A DNA stretch of 64,000 nt from Pseudomonadota bacterium (GTDB lineage: Bacteria; Pseudomonadota; Alphaproteobacteria; RF32; CAG-239): assembly GCA_918234285.1 (NCBI GenBank), contig CAKJXZ020000010.1, forward strand, positions 49,196 to 113,195, given 5' to 3'. Positions 19,868 to 31,800 of this stretch are shown in pieces (the stretch's first letter is position 1; the number at the start of each line of letters is the position of its first letter). The notes beneath the pieces are model-generated. The model had not been told where the DNA came from and did no database searches. It was given only the letters and a program-made list of their open reading frames with translations. The position numbers and the translations under genes were made by a program.

Positions 19868-22498
19868 TTATGCAACCATTTGTTTTATGGCGGCAATGGC
19901 ATCGCTTATTTTTTCTACATCGGTGCCGCCGGCCTGTGCCATATCGGGACGTCCGCCGCCACCCTGACCGCCGAGAACACCGGCCGCTGCCCGCACCATA
20001 TCAACCGCGTTATATTTGCCGGTCAAGTCTTTGCTGACCCCGACAACTACCGAGGCTTTGCCGTCTTTATCAGAGCACAAAACCACCACACCGGAGCCGA
20101 TTTTTTGCGTAATATCGTCAACAAATGCCTTCAGTTCTTTCGGGTGGGCATCCGGTACCAATTTGCCGACAAATTTAACACCGTTAACGGTTTCTACCTC
20201 GTCTTTAGCCGAAGATTGACCACCGGCCAGACTTCTCTTTAAATTAAAGATTTCAGCTTCAAGTTTTTTGCGTTCTTCAAGCAATCCGGCGATTCTGGCT
20301 TCCAAATCATTTATATTGGTTTTCAAGCCGTTGGCCGCCGCATGCAACTTATCTTCCAAAAAGCGTACATAAGAATCCGCACCGCAACCGGTTACACATT
20401 CCAAACGGCGTACACCGGCTGCCACGGCAGATTCCGATAAAATATGGAAGTAGCCGATATTGCCGGTAGAGCTGACGTGAGTTCCGCCGCAAAGTTCGCG
20501 TGAGAACGGGGCTTTTTCATCGCCCATGGTAACCACGCGCACATCTTCACCGTATTTCTCGTCAAACAAAGCCATGGCACCGAGGGCAACCGCTTCGTCT
20601 TTATTCATAATCACGGTGTTGACTTTCAAATCGTTGCGAATTTGCTCGTTGACGATATCTTCTACCTTGCGGATTTGTTCGGTAGTAATCTGTTTCGGGT
20701 GAGAAATATCAAAACGCATTCTACCGGCTTCAACCGCCGAACCTTTTTGTGCCACGTGGTCACCCAACACGATTTTTAAAGCTTTATGAGCCAAGTGGGT
20801 TACCGAGTGGTTGGCACAAATTTGCGAGCGATTTTCTCTGTTGACCTCAAAGTTGGCAAATTCACCGACTTTTACCGTACCGCTCTGCAATTCACAGACA
20901 TGAGCATATAAATCGTTCAACTTGGGTTTGCAATCGATGACCTTGGCGGTAAAGTTTTTGGATACGATTGTGCCGATATCGCCGACTTGGCCGCCGCGTT
21001 CGGCATAAAACGGAGTTTGGTTGGCTACCAACTCGAATTTACCGGAAGTTATTTCGTTTACTTCTTTGTCATCTTGTACCAAAGCTTTGATTTCGCCATC
21101 GGTTTTTAAGGTGTTGTAGCCCAAAAATTCGGTAGCACCGCATTTATCTTTGATACCGTACCAAACTTTGGCCACACCTTCGTCGCCGGAGCCGGCCCAG
21201 TTTTTACGCGCTTCGGCTTTTTGTTTTTCCATGCAGGCATTGAAGCCTTCGACATCAACTTCGAGATTTCTGCCCTTGAGCGCATCCTGAGTCAAATCAA
21301 GCGGAAAACCGTAAGTATCATAGAGTCTGAACGCGGTTTCGCCGCTGAGTTTGGCACCGGAAGACAGTTTAGAAATTTCATCATCAAGCAGCTTCAAACC
21401 TTTATCTAAGGTGCGACCGAAACGTTCTTCTTCGATTTCGATGGTTTCTTTAATCAGAGTTTCACGAGCATAAAGTTCCGGATAGGCATCGCCCATTTCT
21501 TTCTGCAGTGTCGGCAACAGCTTATAAATCATCGGCTCTTTGACACCGAGCATATAGGCGTGGCGCATGGCACGACGCATAATGCGGCGTAATACATAGC
21601 CGCGACCCTCATTGGACGGCAACACCCCGTCGGCGATTAAAAAGCTGATGGCGCGCAGATGGTCGGCAATTACGTTGTGGGAAGCCTTGAGCGGGCCGTT
21701 CGGGTCGGTATTGGCAATATCGGCAATTGCTTTAATCAGGTGTTGGAACATATCGGTTTCAAAGTTGGAGTGAACACCCTGCAAAATTGCGGCAATGCGT
21801 TCCAAACCCATACCGGTATCGATTGACGGGCGTTTTAAGTTGATGCGCGAGCCGTCCGGTAAATCTTCAAATTGGTCAAATACGAGGTTCCAAATTTCAA
21901 TAAATCGGTCGCCGTCTTCTTCCGGAGTCCCCGGCAGACCGCCCCAAACCTCCGGACCATGGTCATAAAAAATTTCGGAACACGGACCGCACGGGCCGGT
22001 ATCGCCCATTTGCCAGAAGTTATCTTTGGTGGCAATACGGATAATACGGTCTTCCGGCAAGCCGGAAACCTTCTTCCAGATATCGTGTGCTTCGTCGTCG
22101 TTATGATAAATCGTAACCGCCAGCTTTTCTTTCGGCAGGCCGAATTCTTTGGTCAGCAATTCCCATGCGTACGGAATGGCGTAATCTTTGAAATAATCGC
22201 CAAACGAAAAGTTACCGAGCATTTCGAAAAACGTATGGTGGCGTACATCGTAACCCACACTGTCCAAATCGTTGTGTTTGCCGCCGGCGCGCACGCTTTT
22301 TTGTGCGGTGGCCGCTCGGGTATAATCGCGGGTTTCGTTGCCGGCCAGAATGTTTTTAAACTGTACCATGCCGGAATTGGTAAACATCAAAGTCGGATCG
22401 TTATCCGGCACCAAAGATGATGACGGAACTATTTTGTGGCCGTTTTTCTCGAAATAATCGAGGAACGTTTTGCGAATTTCATTTACACCGATTGTCAT
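19868..22498 (-). CDS. alaS: Alanine--tRNA ligase
   Basis: [47 protein letters not shown]. Confidence 0.99.
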   Translation of the reverse strand: MTIGVNEIRKTFLDYFEKNGHKIVPSSSLVPDNDPTLMFTNSGMVQFKNILAGNETRDYTRAATAQKSVRAGGKHNDLDSVGYDVRHHTFFEMLGNFSFGDYFKDYAIPYAWELLTKEFGLPKEKLAVTIYHNDDEAHDIWKKVSGLPEDRIIRIATKDNFWQMGDTGPCGPCSEIFYDHGPEVWGGLPGTPEEDGDRFIEIWNLVFDQFEDLPDGSRINLKRPSIDTGMGLERIAAILQGVHSNFETDMFQHLIKAIADIANTDPNGPLKASHNVIADHLRAISFLIADGVLPSNEGRGYVLRRIMRRAMRHAYMLGVKEPMIYKLLPTLQKEMGDAYPELYARETLIKETIEIEEERFGRTLDKGLKLLDDEISKLSSGAKLSGETAFRLYDTYGFPLDLTQDALKGRNLEVDVEGFNACMEKQKAEARKNWAGSGDEGVAKVWYGIKDKCGATEFLGYNTLKTDGEIKALVQDDKEVNEITSGKFELVANQTPFYAERGGQVGDIGTIVSKNFTAKVIDCKPKLNDLYAHVCELQSGTVKVGEFANFEVNRENRSQICANHSVTHLAHKALKIVLGDHVAQKGSAVEAGRMRFDISHPKQITTEQIRKVEDIVNEQIRNDLKVNTVIMNKDEAVALGAMALFDEKYGEDVRVVTMGDEKAPFSRELCGGTHVSSTGNIGYFHILSESAVAAGVRRLECVTGCGADSYVRFLEDKLHAAANGLKTNINDLEARIAGLLEERKKLEAEIFNLKRSLAGGQSSAKDEVETVNGVKFVGKLVPDAHPKELKAFVDDITQKIGSGVVVLCSDKDGKASVVVGVSKDLTGKYNAVDMVRAAAGVLGGQGGGGRPDMAQAGGTDVEKISDAIAAIKQMVA

Positions 22499-22635
22499 TT
22501 TATTTCCTTAATTTTAAGCTTAAAATTTTCTCACTGACGCGCAGATTATAACAAACTTTGGCGCTTGTCTATATTTATTTACAAAAAAATATTGACAAAT
22601 TACACAAATGCGCTATAAAACCGTCAACAAATCTT

Positions 22636-23127
22636 ATGATTATGGTAAAAAGAATAATTATTTTGGCAGTTTGCTTTATGCTCTCTGCCGTCGCCGCTTC
22701 CGCTCAGCGCGACAAGTTTTTTATTGAGCGTGATTCAGTGAAAATTGCCGTAAAGGACGCCCCGAGGTCTGAACATCAGCGTTTTTTGTACGGTCTGTAC
22801 AAAGACGGTAAAGAGCTTCTTCCCATGGTTTATGATATGGTTGAGGAGCGCTCCGTTAAGCTGATGGCCTTCTTTAAGGATACGGAGATTTTGGTCTACG
22901 ACACAGACGGAACTTTGGTAGACAAAGCTGTTTTGGAGTTCCCGATTGATCGCCACTCCTTTGTGCGATTTGAGGAAATTGATGGCCGCCGCGGTATAAG
23001 CGCGTATGAGCTGGTGGTATATTACAACGACAACGATTGGATATATCAACCCATAGGCACTTACTACCGGAAAGGTCGCCATCTCTACAGAGTTATCATT
23101 ACCACCGAATTGGAGCTGATAAAGTAA
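22636..23127 (+). CDS. Secreted hypothetical protein (WG-repeat-like segment)
   Basis: Signal peptide MVKRIIILAVCFMLSAVAASA; YGLYKDGKELLPMVYD. Promoter TTGACA(22592)-16-TATAAA lies inside the longer ORF call. Confidence 0.65.
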   Translation: MIMVKRIIILAVCFMLSAVAASAQRDKFFIERDSVKIAVKDAPRSEHQRFLYGLYKDGKELLPMVYDMVEERSVKLMAFFKDTEILVYDTDGTLVDKAVLEFPIDRHSFVRFEEIDGRRGISAYELVVYYNDNDWIYQPIGTYYRKGRHLYRVIITTELELIK

Positions 23128-23131
23128 GGAT

Positions 23132-23167
23132 AAAAGGTCGGAGTTGCTTCCGACCTTTTGTTTTTTT
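23132..23167 (+). terminator. Intrinsic terminator
   Basis: AAAAGGTCGGA-gttgct-TCCGACCTTTT followed by a T-run. Confidence 0.8.
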
Positions 23168-23301
23168 GGTGAATAATCGGGAAATATATCAGTATTTTAG
23201 AGGCTTATGTCGCAGAATCAAAAAAGTAAAAAAAATACTGGAAAAATTAAAAAAAATATGCTACAATCAAAAGAAGTGTAGGGACTTTCAAAGGGAATGC
23301 T

Positions 23302-24258
23302 ATGTATATTTGGATATTATTGGCAACGATTATGGTCGCTTTGAGCTTTTTCAACGTTGCGCCGCGCGCCGATAAGGAGCACGCACTCAACGAGATTAAG
23401 GCTGCCACGGTTGTTAACCGTTTCAAAGCGGAGCATGTGGCTATGCTGCGTAATATTGAGTGTGAAATAATATTACGACGAAATGACCAGTATTGGGACG
23501 GCGCAGATGATACAAATCCGACTAGCGCGTCAGGACCGGTGAGAGTCACCAACTCTACCAGCTTTATAGCAGAAGGATTAAAAGCCTATACCAAATTTGA
23601 AGATCATTTACCTGTGGGATATATGCAAGGTAATAACCGTAAGGACGGCACCGGGCAAAATTATTCAATCAGCCAAAAAGAGCATTATGTGTATTGTTTG
23701 GATAAGCCGGCCGAAAGTACAATATCCGACGCATCAGCCGGACAATATTCCGGCAACTTTATTTCGTGTCGTACTACGGCAACAGGATCCAATATCGGAT
23801 ACAACCGCTATTTAGTGTCGGTTATGCCGATAAAAGACCGCTGGGTAACCAAAGATGGCAGTAAAAAACCTTTGCCGATTCTTACAAATATATTAGCAAA
23901 AAATCCGAGCAGAACCGCAAAATTGGGGTGGAGCGAGTGTGATGAAAGCGGCTGTGTGTTGCATGGAATGGGGGCTCATGCCGTGCGCTTGGAATATACG
24001 GATCATGATGAATTTGGGAACTTAAAACAAGAATTGCACCATGTTATTTTGTCTTCGCAGTCTAAGATTTGGGATAATCCGATTTTTAAGACCAGCGGCA
24101 TGTGTTATGATAATACCTGTTTGTTTGCTTATGAACAAATACCGGTGGCAGATACAGCTTGTCACTGTGAAAACTTAATCAGAGAAGCAAGCGGTCAGCC
24201 GCGATTGACCACGGAAGAATGTTATCCGGTGCCACCACCGCCGGAACAGAATCCGTAA
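23302..24258 (+). CDS. Membrane-anchored Cys-rich protein, possibly type IVb pilus PilM-like
   Basis: N-terminal hydrophobic helix followed by an amphipathic helix; several Cys; directly upstream of a PilV-like gene. Confidence 0.5.
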   Translation: MYIWILLATIMVALSFFNVAPRADKEHALNEIKAATVVNRFKAEHVAMLRNIECEIILRRNDQYWDGADDTNPTSASGPVRVTNSTSFIAEGLKAYTKFEDHLPVGYMQGNNRKDGTGQNYSISQKEHYVYCLDKPAESTISDASAGQYSGNFISCRTTATGSNIGYNRYLVSVMPIKDRWVTKDGSKKPLPILTNILAKNPSRTAKLGWSECDESGCVLHGMGAHAVRLEYTDHDEFGNLKQELHHVILSSQSKIWDNPIFKTSGMCYDNTCLFAYEQIPVADTACHCENLIREASGQPRLTTEECYPVPPPPEQNP

Positions 24259-24296
24259 AAAATTATTAAGAAGATTAACTTTTAAGGAGAACGCCG

Positions 24297-27200
24297 ATGA
24301 AAAATTATAACAACAAAAAATCCATACTGGAGCGAGGTGGCTTGATGATAGAAGCCTTAGCCATGCTTGGTTTGATAGCAGTGGTAACCCCGACTATGTA
24401 TAAAAAATCTGCCGAACGGACGATGGAGGTTGAAGATATCAATACCGCGACCACCATGCGTACATTTATGAATGCGGCGGAAGCGTATATGAATGCCAAC
24501 TATATCAACATTATGAAGGAAACGGAAGGTCATATGCAGCCAATCGGGGAAGACGAGAATGCTCCGAAAATTGGCGTGGTAACTATAAATCCGGCAGACT
24601 TGGAACCGTATTTGCCATATAAATATGCCGAGAGCGGCGGTTTATATAACTACAATGCACCTACTGTTCGTGTTGTGCGTTCCGGTGACAACTTAACGGC
24701 GTTCGCGTTGTTTCCGGCAAAAGTTGGCGGAGAGGAAGGAGTCGGGCAAGAACGTACGGTACGTATTGCTTCTTTAATCGGTGCTAACGGCGGTTATGTT
24801 CCTACTGCCGATAGTCAAACTGCCAAGAGTGCACGCGGTGTCGGCGGCGTGTGGAATTTGGATAACGATCATTATAAAGCGGTATTCGGTGAAAGTAATG
24901 ACGCGAAACAGTTCTCCTTAGTGACGTCATCTTCCAATGTGGTGAACAGCTCGACTGCGGCGGCTCAAGCTGATAATACCAAGTATCTGCAACGTACCAA
25001 AGAAAATGGCGATGGTGAATTGTGGCGTAATGCGATGCGTACGGATTTGTATATGGGTGGTGCCGATTCTGGCAGAGATCCAGATAAGATGAACGAGAAT
25101 GGTTTCTTCAGCATAAAGAACATTAACCAGCTGATTGTTAATGCTGAAACTGCTACCGGTTCCTCGGTACAAGGTACACAAGATGCTGCAGCTACAACGA
25201 TTGAAGCGGGAACGTATGGTTTATACATCAATAAAGCTACTGGCGAAGGTGCTACGCAAAAAGGCGGTATCAATGCCTATATTGCCGGTACTTTGCAAGC
25301 GGCCGGAAATCAGTTTTGGGCAACAGATAATACATTAAAGTATAAGGGCACCAACCTGGAATTTGACGGCACAAATTTCAGAATAGGGCTGGAAAAAGAG
25401 GATGCTACAGATAAAAAGAAGAATGTTTATGTGCTTGACGGTGTAGCTAATAATGCCGGAAGTAGCACACTTAATGTGATGGGCGATAAGATTCAAGTAG
25501 CGGAAGCCGGAAATATAGGCAATTATAAGCCTAATGCAGAAGTCCAGAAAAAAGCAAATGTGGTTATTAATACGACCAACAAGAAGGGTAGTCAAGAAAC
25601 AAATCCTCTTACGATAGATGCGCCGAAATATTCAGCCGATAACAAGGCACCGGAATTCGGTGTTGATGTATCCGGCAATATGGTGGTTGAAGGTGCGTTG
25701 GCAGCAGGTCAACTTGATACCAATAAAATTCGTGCCTCCAGCCTTTCCGTCGGCTCAGCAAATATCGATGATGCGAAAAAATGGATGGATGTTGATAAAG
25801 ACGGCGTTCATATTCATCAGCCGAAAAATGGTGCTCATGCGGGTACGCAAATTGAAGCCAGAGAAGGTTTTGTTGCCATGCGTGTCGGTGAAAGTAATAC
25901 TATAAGCACTAGCACTGAAAATCCGGAGACTGCCGCCGTTGAAACGGATAATGATGCGCAAATCCTTATGTCTTCCGGCGGTATTACGGAAAAGGTAGCC
26001 TCCGGCAAAAATTTGACCTTGGCCGGATCCGGTGTCGGTGTTCAAATTAACGACAGCAATATCAATATCGGCAATAGTGATGCAAGAACCTTGAACACCA
26101 ATAATGGCACACCTGCCGATTATCAAGTAACTTTCGAATCAGGCGGAGACGTTAATGTTGACAGCAGTAACCTGAGCGTGAAAGCTGACAGTGCACCGGT
26201 CTTTACCGTCAGAGGTAAAGAAAGTTTTACGGGTCAATCGGGAGATACTAATAATAGAGACAAATTATCGGGTTTGGGAGGATATCGTATAGCCGGTCAC
26301 GGAAACACGTTGTTTACCAGTGGAATGGATAGTGGTACAGATACTAATGTTGTCAGGTATTTATCTATGTCGGGAAGCTTGCCGAAAGAGAATAATGTTA
26401 CTGTTCCTGCCGCGGTGAATATTATCGGCGGTCAACAAGACAGCGGGGATTTGGATCAAGCTAAAGGAGTTATGTATATCGATTTGGATGACAGAGGTTC
26501 GAATGCGTATGCCCAAGTACAAGTAAACGATAACCCTGAACAAGGTGTGGGCGAAAATGCTACAAGTACCAGAATCGGCGGTGACGAGATTTTGGCCGGC
26601 GGTATTTATATCCGTAAAGGTTTAATTGATATTGTTCCGGATAGTTCACAATCCAATGCCGGATTTAAGGATCAGAATAATCCGACTGTATATCAGATAG
26701 GTGCAAATACCGCCGATGACGGAATGGGTGTTATCAGAGCCAGCCGCTTGGTGGCAAACAATGTTACAACTTCCGGAAAAAGAGTGATGGTGCCGGAGTT
26801 CTTTGATAATACTATTTATAGCGAATATAACGGCGCAGACGGAACGACTCGTTATGATACTTATATGGTGAATCCGGCTTATACTTCGGTAATGAACGAT
26901 ATTAAGTTGGTTTCGCGCGGTGGCGCCCGTTTGAGCGATATTTTGCCGGTGTTTATTACCAAGGGTATTTATACGGCGGTTAACAACTACGGGGAATCGG
27001 CATTTAACAAGAGTGATTTCAGTGATGGTTCCGGTTTGTACATTAATAGCGACAATATTCTTAATATAAAAACTTGCCCAAGTACAAATCCAAATTCTTG
27101 TCCGAATGATATAAATGAGCCGGCCTCGCCTATTATCGGTTTAGTGCCGTTACCGCAATGTCCTCCGGGATATGCGCGTATGATTACGGTTACTCCGGCT

Positions 27201-28685
27201 AACATTCGTATGGCGGAAGCCGGTAGATTCAAGAATGCCTACTATAATGAAAAATTCAGAGGAATTGATATTGATGTAGATGACTTTACCAATCCGACCA
27301 ATAGTGATTACTTTAAAGACAATAAGGGTAACATACAGACTATCGACTCTTTAGATGAGGCTGCTCTCGCCCGTATGAGTGAAACTGACAGAAAGAAATT
27401 AAAAGAATCACAGGTTATGAAACTGTATGCGGCGTATATTTCGACAAAGGATAGTGAAGGGAGATATGCTGTTACAAATATGAACCCGACGTATCAGGGA
27501 GGTGTTCATTTGACCGGCGGTGATGAATCATGGTCCGGTATGGTTGGCAGTAATAAGGTTCAAAATCCTGAAGGTTTCCAAGGAAAGATGGAATTGGATG
27601 TAGCTAACAGAGATTATAATCTTACAGAAGACGAGATTATTAGTACAAGCGAGGTAGCTGCAGTTACGGGTTCTAATGGTGCTATATCCAAAGAGAGAGG
27701 AGGGCGCAGAGTAACATCCTCAGAAACTGATCGTAACTCTACTTCTTCTTTACACGATGTTGGTCATACTGTTACGCATAAAATAGAAGAAACAAATACT
27801 ACTGATAAAAATGTTTATAACACGGTTCCAAGCACGGATGATGAGGATACTACGTCGTCTGGTTATGTAAAGACCGCAAATATCATCTCCAATGATATAA
27901 ACTCGCAGTTGTTGACAATTCATGACCAACATCAGGATAATAATAATTCACAACACCAAACAACTGAACCGCGCCATTATAAGTTGAAAAATGATATTGA
28001 TATTTCCGGTACCCGTATTTTGGCGGACCGTATCCGGAATGTTCAGTTTGAAGGTAAAAACAGTCATGGTGTGATGGAAAAAGCTTATGTGTTGACGTCG
28101 AAGAACCCTAACTATATAGAGCCGATGACCTTCCAAAAGAGTACTTGGCTGAAAACGGCAGCAATTCCGGTTGCTAAACAAGGCAAAGATGTTGCTTCCG
28201 GTTGGACTATTTTGATGGGCTTTATTTATCCGCGTGCGGCATATCAGAATATATTGACAACACTGCAGGTTGCCGATCAGTATCAAAAATTTGCCTCTTA
28301 CGGTGATGCTACGGCGCGTAACCGTAGCGGTTTTGATACTAGAGACAGAAAATACCGAGTGGTAGGTCGAGATAGCAACGGAAATGCAATATATGACAGC
28401 ACCGAGGAGTTTTTCTACTGGAATATTTTCCCGGTTGAACAGGAAAGCTTGGAAGCATACATAACAACTTATTGTTATTTTGACCAAAACAATAACGCTT
28501 ACGGTATGTTTAAGAACAGCGGAAAAACAGGAAATGAATATAATACCGATTCGGAAGTGAAAGGCCATTTGCCGATGATTGATTATATTACGACATTTCC
28601 GGAAGGATATGAACCTACGGGCGATAATAAGAGATATCGTCAGATGTTGAACGATCCGTCGATGAAATACAACGAATTGTGGTAA
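24297..28685 (+). CDS. Giant type IV pilin-like adhesin with a PilV (Shufflon_N)-like N-terminal domain
   Basis: Prepilin leader ERG|GLMIEALAMLGLIAVV with E at +5. AAEAYMNANY, IASLIGANGGYV, ARGVGGVW and KYLQR...NAMRTDLYMG follow the order of motifs in the IncI1 PilV constant region. Confidence 0.75.
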   Translation: MKNYNNKKSILERGGLMIEALAMLGLIAVVTPTMYKKSAERTMEVEDINTATTMRTFMNAAEAYMNANYINIMKETEGHMQPIGEDENAPKIGVVTINPADLEPYLPYKYAESGGLYNYNAPTVRVVRSGDNLTAFALFPAKVGGEEGVGQERTVRIASLIGANGGYVPTADSQTAKSARGVGGVWNLDNDHYKAVFGESNDAKQFSLVTSSSNVVNSSTAAAQADNTKYLQRTKENGDGELWRNAMRTDLYMGGADSGRDPDKMNENGFFSIKNINQLIVNAETATGSSVQGTQDAAATTIEAGTYGLYINKATGEGATQKGGINAYIAGTLQAAGNQFWATDNTLKYKGTNLEFDGTNFRIGLEKEDATDKKKNVYVLDGVANNAGSSTLNVMGDKIQVAEAGNIGNYKPNAEVQKKANVVINTTNKKGSQETNPLTIDAPKYSADNKAPEFGVDVSGNMVVEGALAAGQLDTNKIRASSLSVGSANIDDAKKWMDVDKDGVHIHQPKNGAHAGTQIEAREGFVAMRVGESNTISTSTENPETAAVETDNDAQILMSSGGITEKVASGKNLTLAGSGVGVQINDSNINIGNSDARTLNTNNGTPADYQVTFESGGDVNVDSSNLSVKADSAPVFTVRGKESFTGQSGDTNNRDKLSGLGGYRIAGHGNTLFTSGMDSGTDTNVVRYLSMSGSLPKENNVTVPAAVNIIGGQQDSGDLDQAKGVMYIDLDDRGSNAYAQVQVNDNPEQGVGENATSTRIGGDEILAGGIYIRKGLIDIVPDSSQSNAGFKDQNNPTVYQIGANTADDGMGVIRASRLVANNVTTSGKRVMVPEFFDNTIYSEYNGADGTTRYDTYMVNPAYTSVMNDIKLVSRGGARLSDILPVFITKGIYTAVNNYGESAFNKSDFSDGSGLYINSDNILNIKTCPSTNPNSCPNDINEPASPIIGLVPLPQCPPGYARMITVTPANIRMAEAGRFKNAYYNEKFRGIDIDVDDFTNPTNSDYFKDNKGNIQTIDSLDEAALARMSETDRKKLKESQVMKLYAAYISTKDSEGRYAVTNMNPTYQGGVHLTGGDESWSGMVGSNKVQNPEGFQGKMELDVANRDYNLTEDEIISTSEVAAVTGSNGAISKERGGRRVTSSETDRNSTSSLHDVGHTVTHKIEETNTTDKNVYNTVPSTDDEDTTSSGYVKTANIISNDINSQLLTIHDQHQDNNNSQHQTTEPRHYKLKNDIDISGTRILADRIRNVQFEGKNSHGVMEKAYVLTSKNPNYIEPMTFQKSTWLKTAAIPVAKQGKDVASGWTILMGFIYPRAAYQNILTTLQVADQYQKFASYGDATARNRSGFDTRDRKYRVVGRDSNGNAIYDSTEEFFYWNIFPVEQESLEAYITTYCYFDQNNNAYGMFKNSGKTGNEYNTDSEVKGHLPMIDYITTFPEGYEPTGDNKRYRQMLNDPSMKYNELW

Positions 28686-28699
28686 TATTGTATTGCGGG

Positions 28700-28738
28700 A
28701 AAACGCCGGTTGGAGATATTCTGACCGGTGTTTTTTTT
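28700..28738 (+). terminator. Intrinsic terminator
   Basis: AAAACGCCGGTTGGA-gatat-TCTGACCGGTGTTTTTTTT. Confidence 0.75.
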
Positions 28739-28843
28739 GCGCTCTTTAAGATGATGGCAGTATTGTTTTGTGTATAATTTGCATAAAGCGCGACAGCATT
28801 TATTTTTTTTGGTATCATATGTTGTCGTATTAAGGAGATTTGC

Positions 28844-31800
28844 ATGTATAAAAAAATTGCCGTTTTAACCGGTTTAATGTTATTGAATGTTTTTCCGGCA
28901 TTTGCCGTTGACGAATATTCCGTCGACGGAGATAATTACTCGTACAGATTTTTAGTGTATAACGAAGGCGAGGAGTTGGATATCGGGGGGAAAAAGTATA
29001 AGAGCCCGTTTACGCTTTCGCAGAGCAATTTGCAGACGCTGACTGCCGCCGCGCAAAAATGGGCCTACGTTATAAAAACCACCAGCCCTAAGCCGAAAGA
29101 GGGATATGCAATAGTAACGGAAGATGAGTATAATGCTTCGGCAATAAGTTCGTATACAAAAATAGAAGAATCTCCTTATCCGGTAACATATGTCAATGCA
29201 ACCATAAATAATCTCCATATCATAGATGACGATGATGACGACGACGATGATGATCCGCTGGACGGAATTTACGGTATTATTACCATCGGATACGGAATTG
29301 AAGAAGATAATCCGGGATGGCAGGATTTTAACGGATTGCATTCTTTGTTGCATAATCAGTCGTTGCCGGATTTGTATACCACGCTGTTGCATGAGTTTAT
29401 GCATTCGCTGGGTTATGATACCGATGTATCGCAACAGCGTCCGGAAAGTACGGATCCGAAAGGTTATTATTTTACGGAAAAAGACACCGACAACTTGACG
29501 GTTTGGGATAAAAATCTGCGACTTTATTCCGGAAGCTATGAGGTATTTGATGCGGATGACGAGATTGTTCCGACATCGCAAATGTCGGTCGGCAAAAATC
29601 GGGATTTTGATATATTTGAATATTCTCCTTATTTTGTCGGAGAAGAAACCATTAAGGTTTTGGGCGGTCAAGACGATTATGATGATGCCCGGGTTGCCAT
29701 TATTCAAAACGGTGGTTTAACCAGTTATTCCGCCAGTTATGATAGTAAAGAAACACGGCCGCAAGTCTTCGGGATGCCGATACATAATGCCGACAGCTTT
29801 GAACCGGATTTGGCGCATACCGAGCTGCGCAACAGCTTTATGTCGCACCAGGCTTTTCGTAACTGGTTGGTGCCGATGGAAGCCGAATTGGCGCTTTTGA
29901 AAGATTTGGGATATAATATTGAATTGCGCGATTACTTCGGTAAATCGTATTATTTGGATGATATAACCGATACCTTTGCTACCGGCTATTCCGAATGGAA
30001 CGGTAGCGCTTATACCGGTAATCCGAGTAATGTAGCGCAAGGCGTTGGTCTGCATATATACGGCGACAACAATAAAATTACGCAAACTTCGGATATAGTG
30101 ACCAACGGTGAGGGTTCTTTCGGTGTCAGAATAGACGGCGTGAACAACCAATACACCTTGAGTGGCGGTAGCAGTATCGAAACCAACGGTAAGGAAAATC
30201 TGGGAATTGCCGTAACTTGGGGTAAGGGCCATATCGTGAATATCGAAAAAAATGCGGAGGTAACGGCTACGGGCGATGAAGGTATTGCGGTTGCGTTCGA
30301 TTTTGGGGAAAATATGTTCGGCAATTTGGACGATACCCGCGGTTCGTATATCAATTATGACGGCGAAGATAACAGAGTTCCCTTGAGCGAAACCGACAAG
30401 GCTCTGGTTAAGCAATTCAATGTTGCCGGTACTTTGAGCGGAAAGCTGGCGGCAATTTATATTGCGGATAATGCCCACGTCGAAGCAATCAATATATTGA
30501 ACGGGGCATATATCAACGGTAATATCGTTTCCGATTGGAATTCCGAAAAATCCGGCCCGAAAAGCAGAGTTATGCGGGAAGAATCCGGTGAATGGACTTA
30601 TGTCGATGTCAGCGACGAATCGCAGATATATTTTACCGACATCAATATAAATGTAGGCTTTAACGGCACGATTAACGGCAGTATCGACGGAGAGGTAACG
30701 GACGGCATAAATACTCTGAGATTGAACAACGAGGGAATCGTAAATATCAAAGGCGAGAAAATTGCGGTTTATTCTTTTGACAATTCTGGCGCGGTAGATA
30801 TCGATAACGCCGTTGTTTCCGTACAAAACGGAGAAATCACCGGCATCGGCGAAATAAATGCTGTTGACAATCTGGAGTTGGCTGCAAACATAAAACAAAT
30901 TGATAATATTGTGAATTTACAAAGTGATGCACTGTTTTCAACTATAAACGATGAAATAGGTACGGTGGAGATTATGCAGTTGAATGCTGACAACGCAAAG
31001 ATTTCTTTTGATTTGGGTGATAAATATGTGCTGAAAAATGCCTCGCAAGATGATACGGCGTCTATTTCAAAAATTATCTTAACGATGGAAAATGCCGATA
31101 CTTTGCAAGACGGCGCAACTTATGAATTGTTCGGCGATGCCGATAAGGTACTCGATTTGGGTGATTCTTACGGCAACGTTTATTATAACAACAAAAAATA
31201 TTATCTGACGCAAGATGATCAGCAGAAAAATTTGCTCCGCGCCAGAATGTCTGACGAAAAAGTTACGCTGCACGAGGCGGTGGAAAATGAATCGGCCATA
31301 AATTATATTATGACGAAAGACAACAAACAAACCGAAGATGTCGGAACGGTTAACGGCGGTTATTTTGAAATCAGCGGTGAGGATGTGGATGTTAACGGTT
31401 ATAAAGGTTTAACGGTTGACGGCGAACACAACTCGGAAAAAACCGTACTCAAAACCGGTATTTACGGCGCAAAAGGCAGTAACGTCAGCGTGGTAAACAA
31501 CGGCAATTTGGAAGTGATTGCCAAAGATAAAGAAATTGTACTCGGCGGGCAAGACGAAACAGCCGTTTATCTGGATAACGGCAGCGTGTCGTTGAATGCA
31601 AGCAAATATGCCATAAACGTTGACGGGGCGATAAAGGGTACGGAAGACGGCAAAAACGAGATTAAAGCCACAGGTAAATCCGTTTCTTTAAATGAAGTTG
31701 ACAATGTAAGCATTACAGCGATGAGCACCGAAATAAATATGGGGGATGTTGCTCATAACACGACCTTGATTTCCAGTTTCAGCGATATAAACGTTGCAGA

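Noticed and set aside
24297-28850. Shufflon downstream of the PilV-like gene
   Set aside because: No Rci-like recombinase, no visible sfx-type repeats and no alternative C-terminal cassettes. The gene ends in a terminator.
29225-29254. Phase-variable simple sequence repeat
   Set aside because: Mixed GAT/GAC triplets stay in frame, so slippage would not switch the gene on or off.
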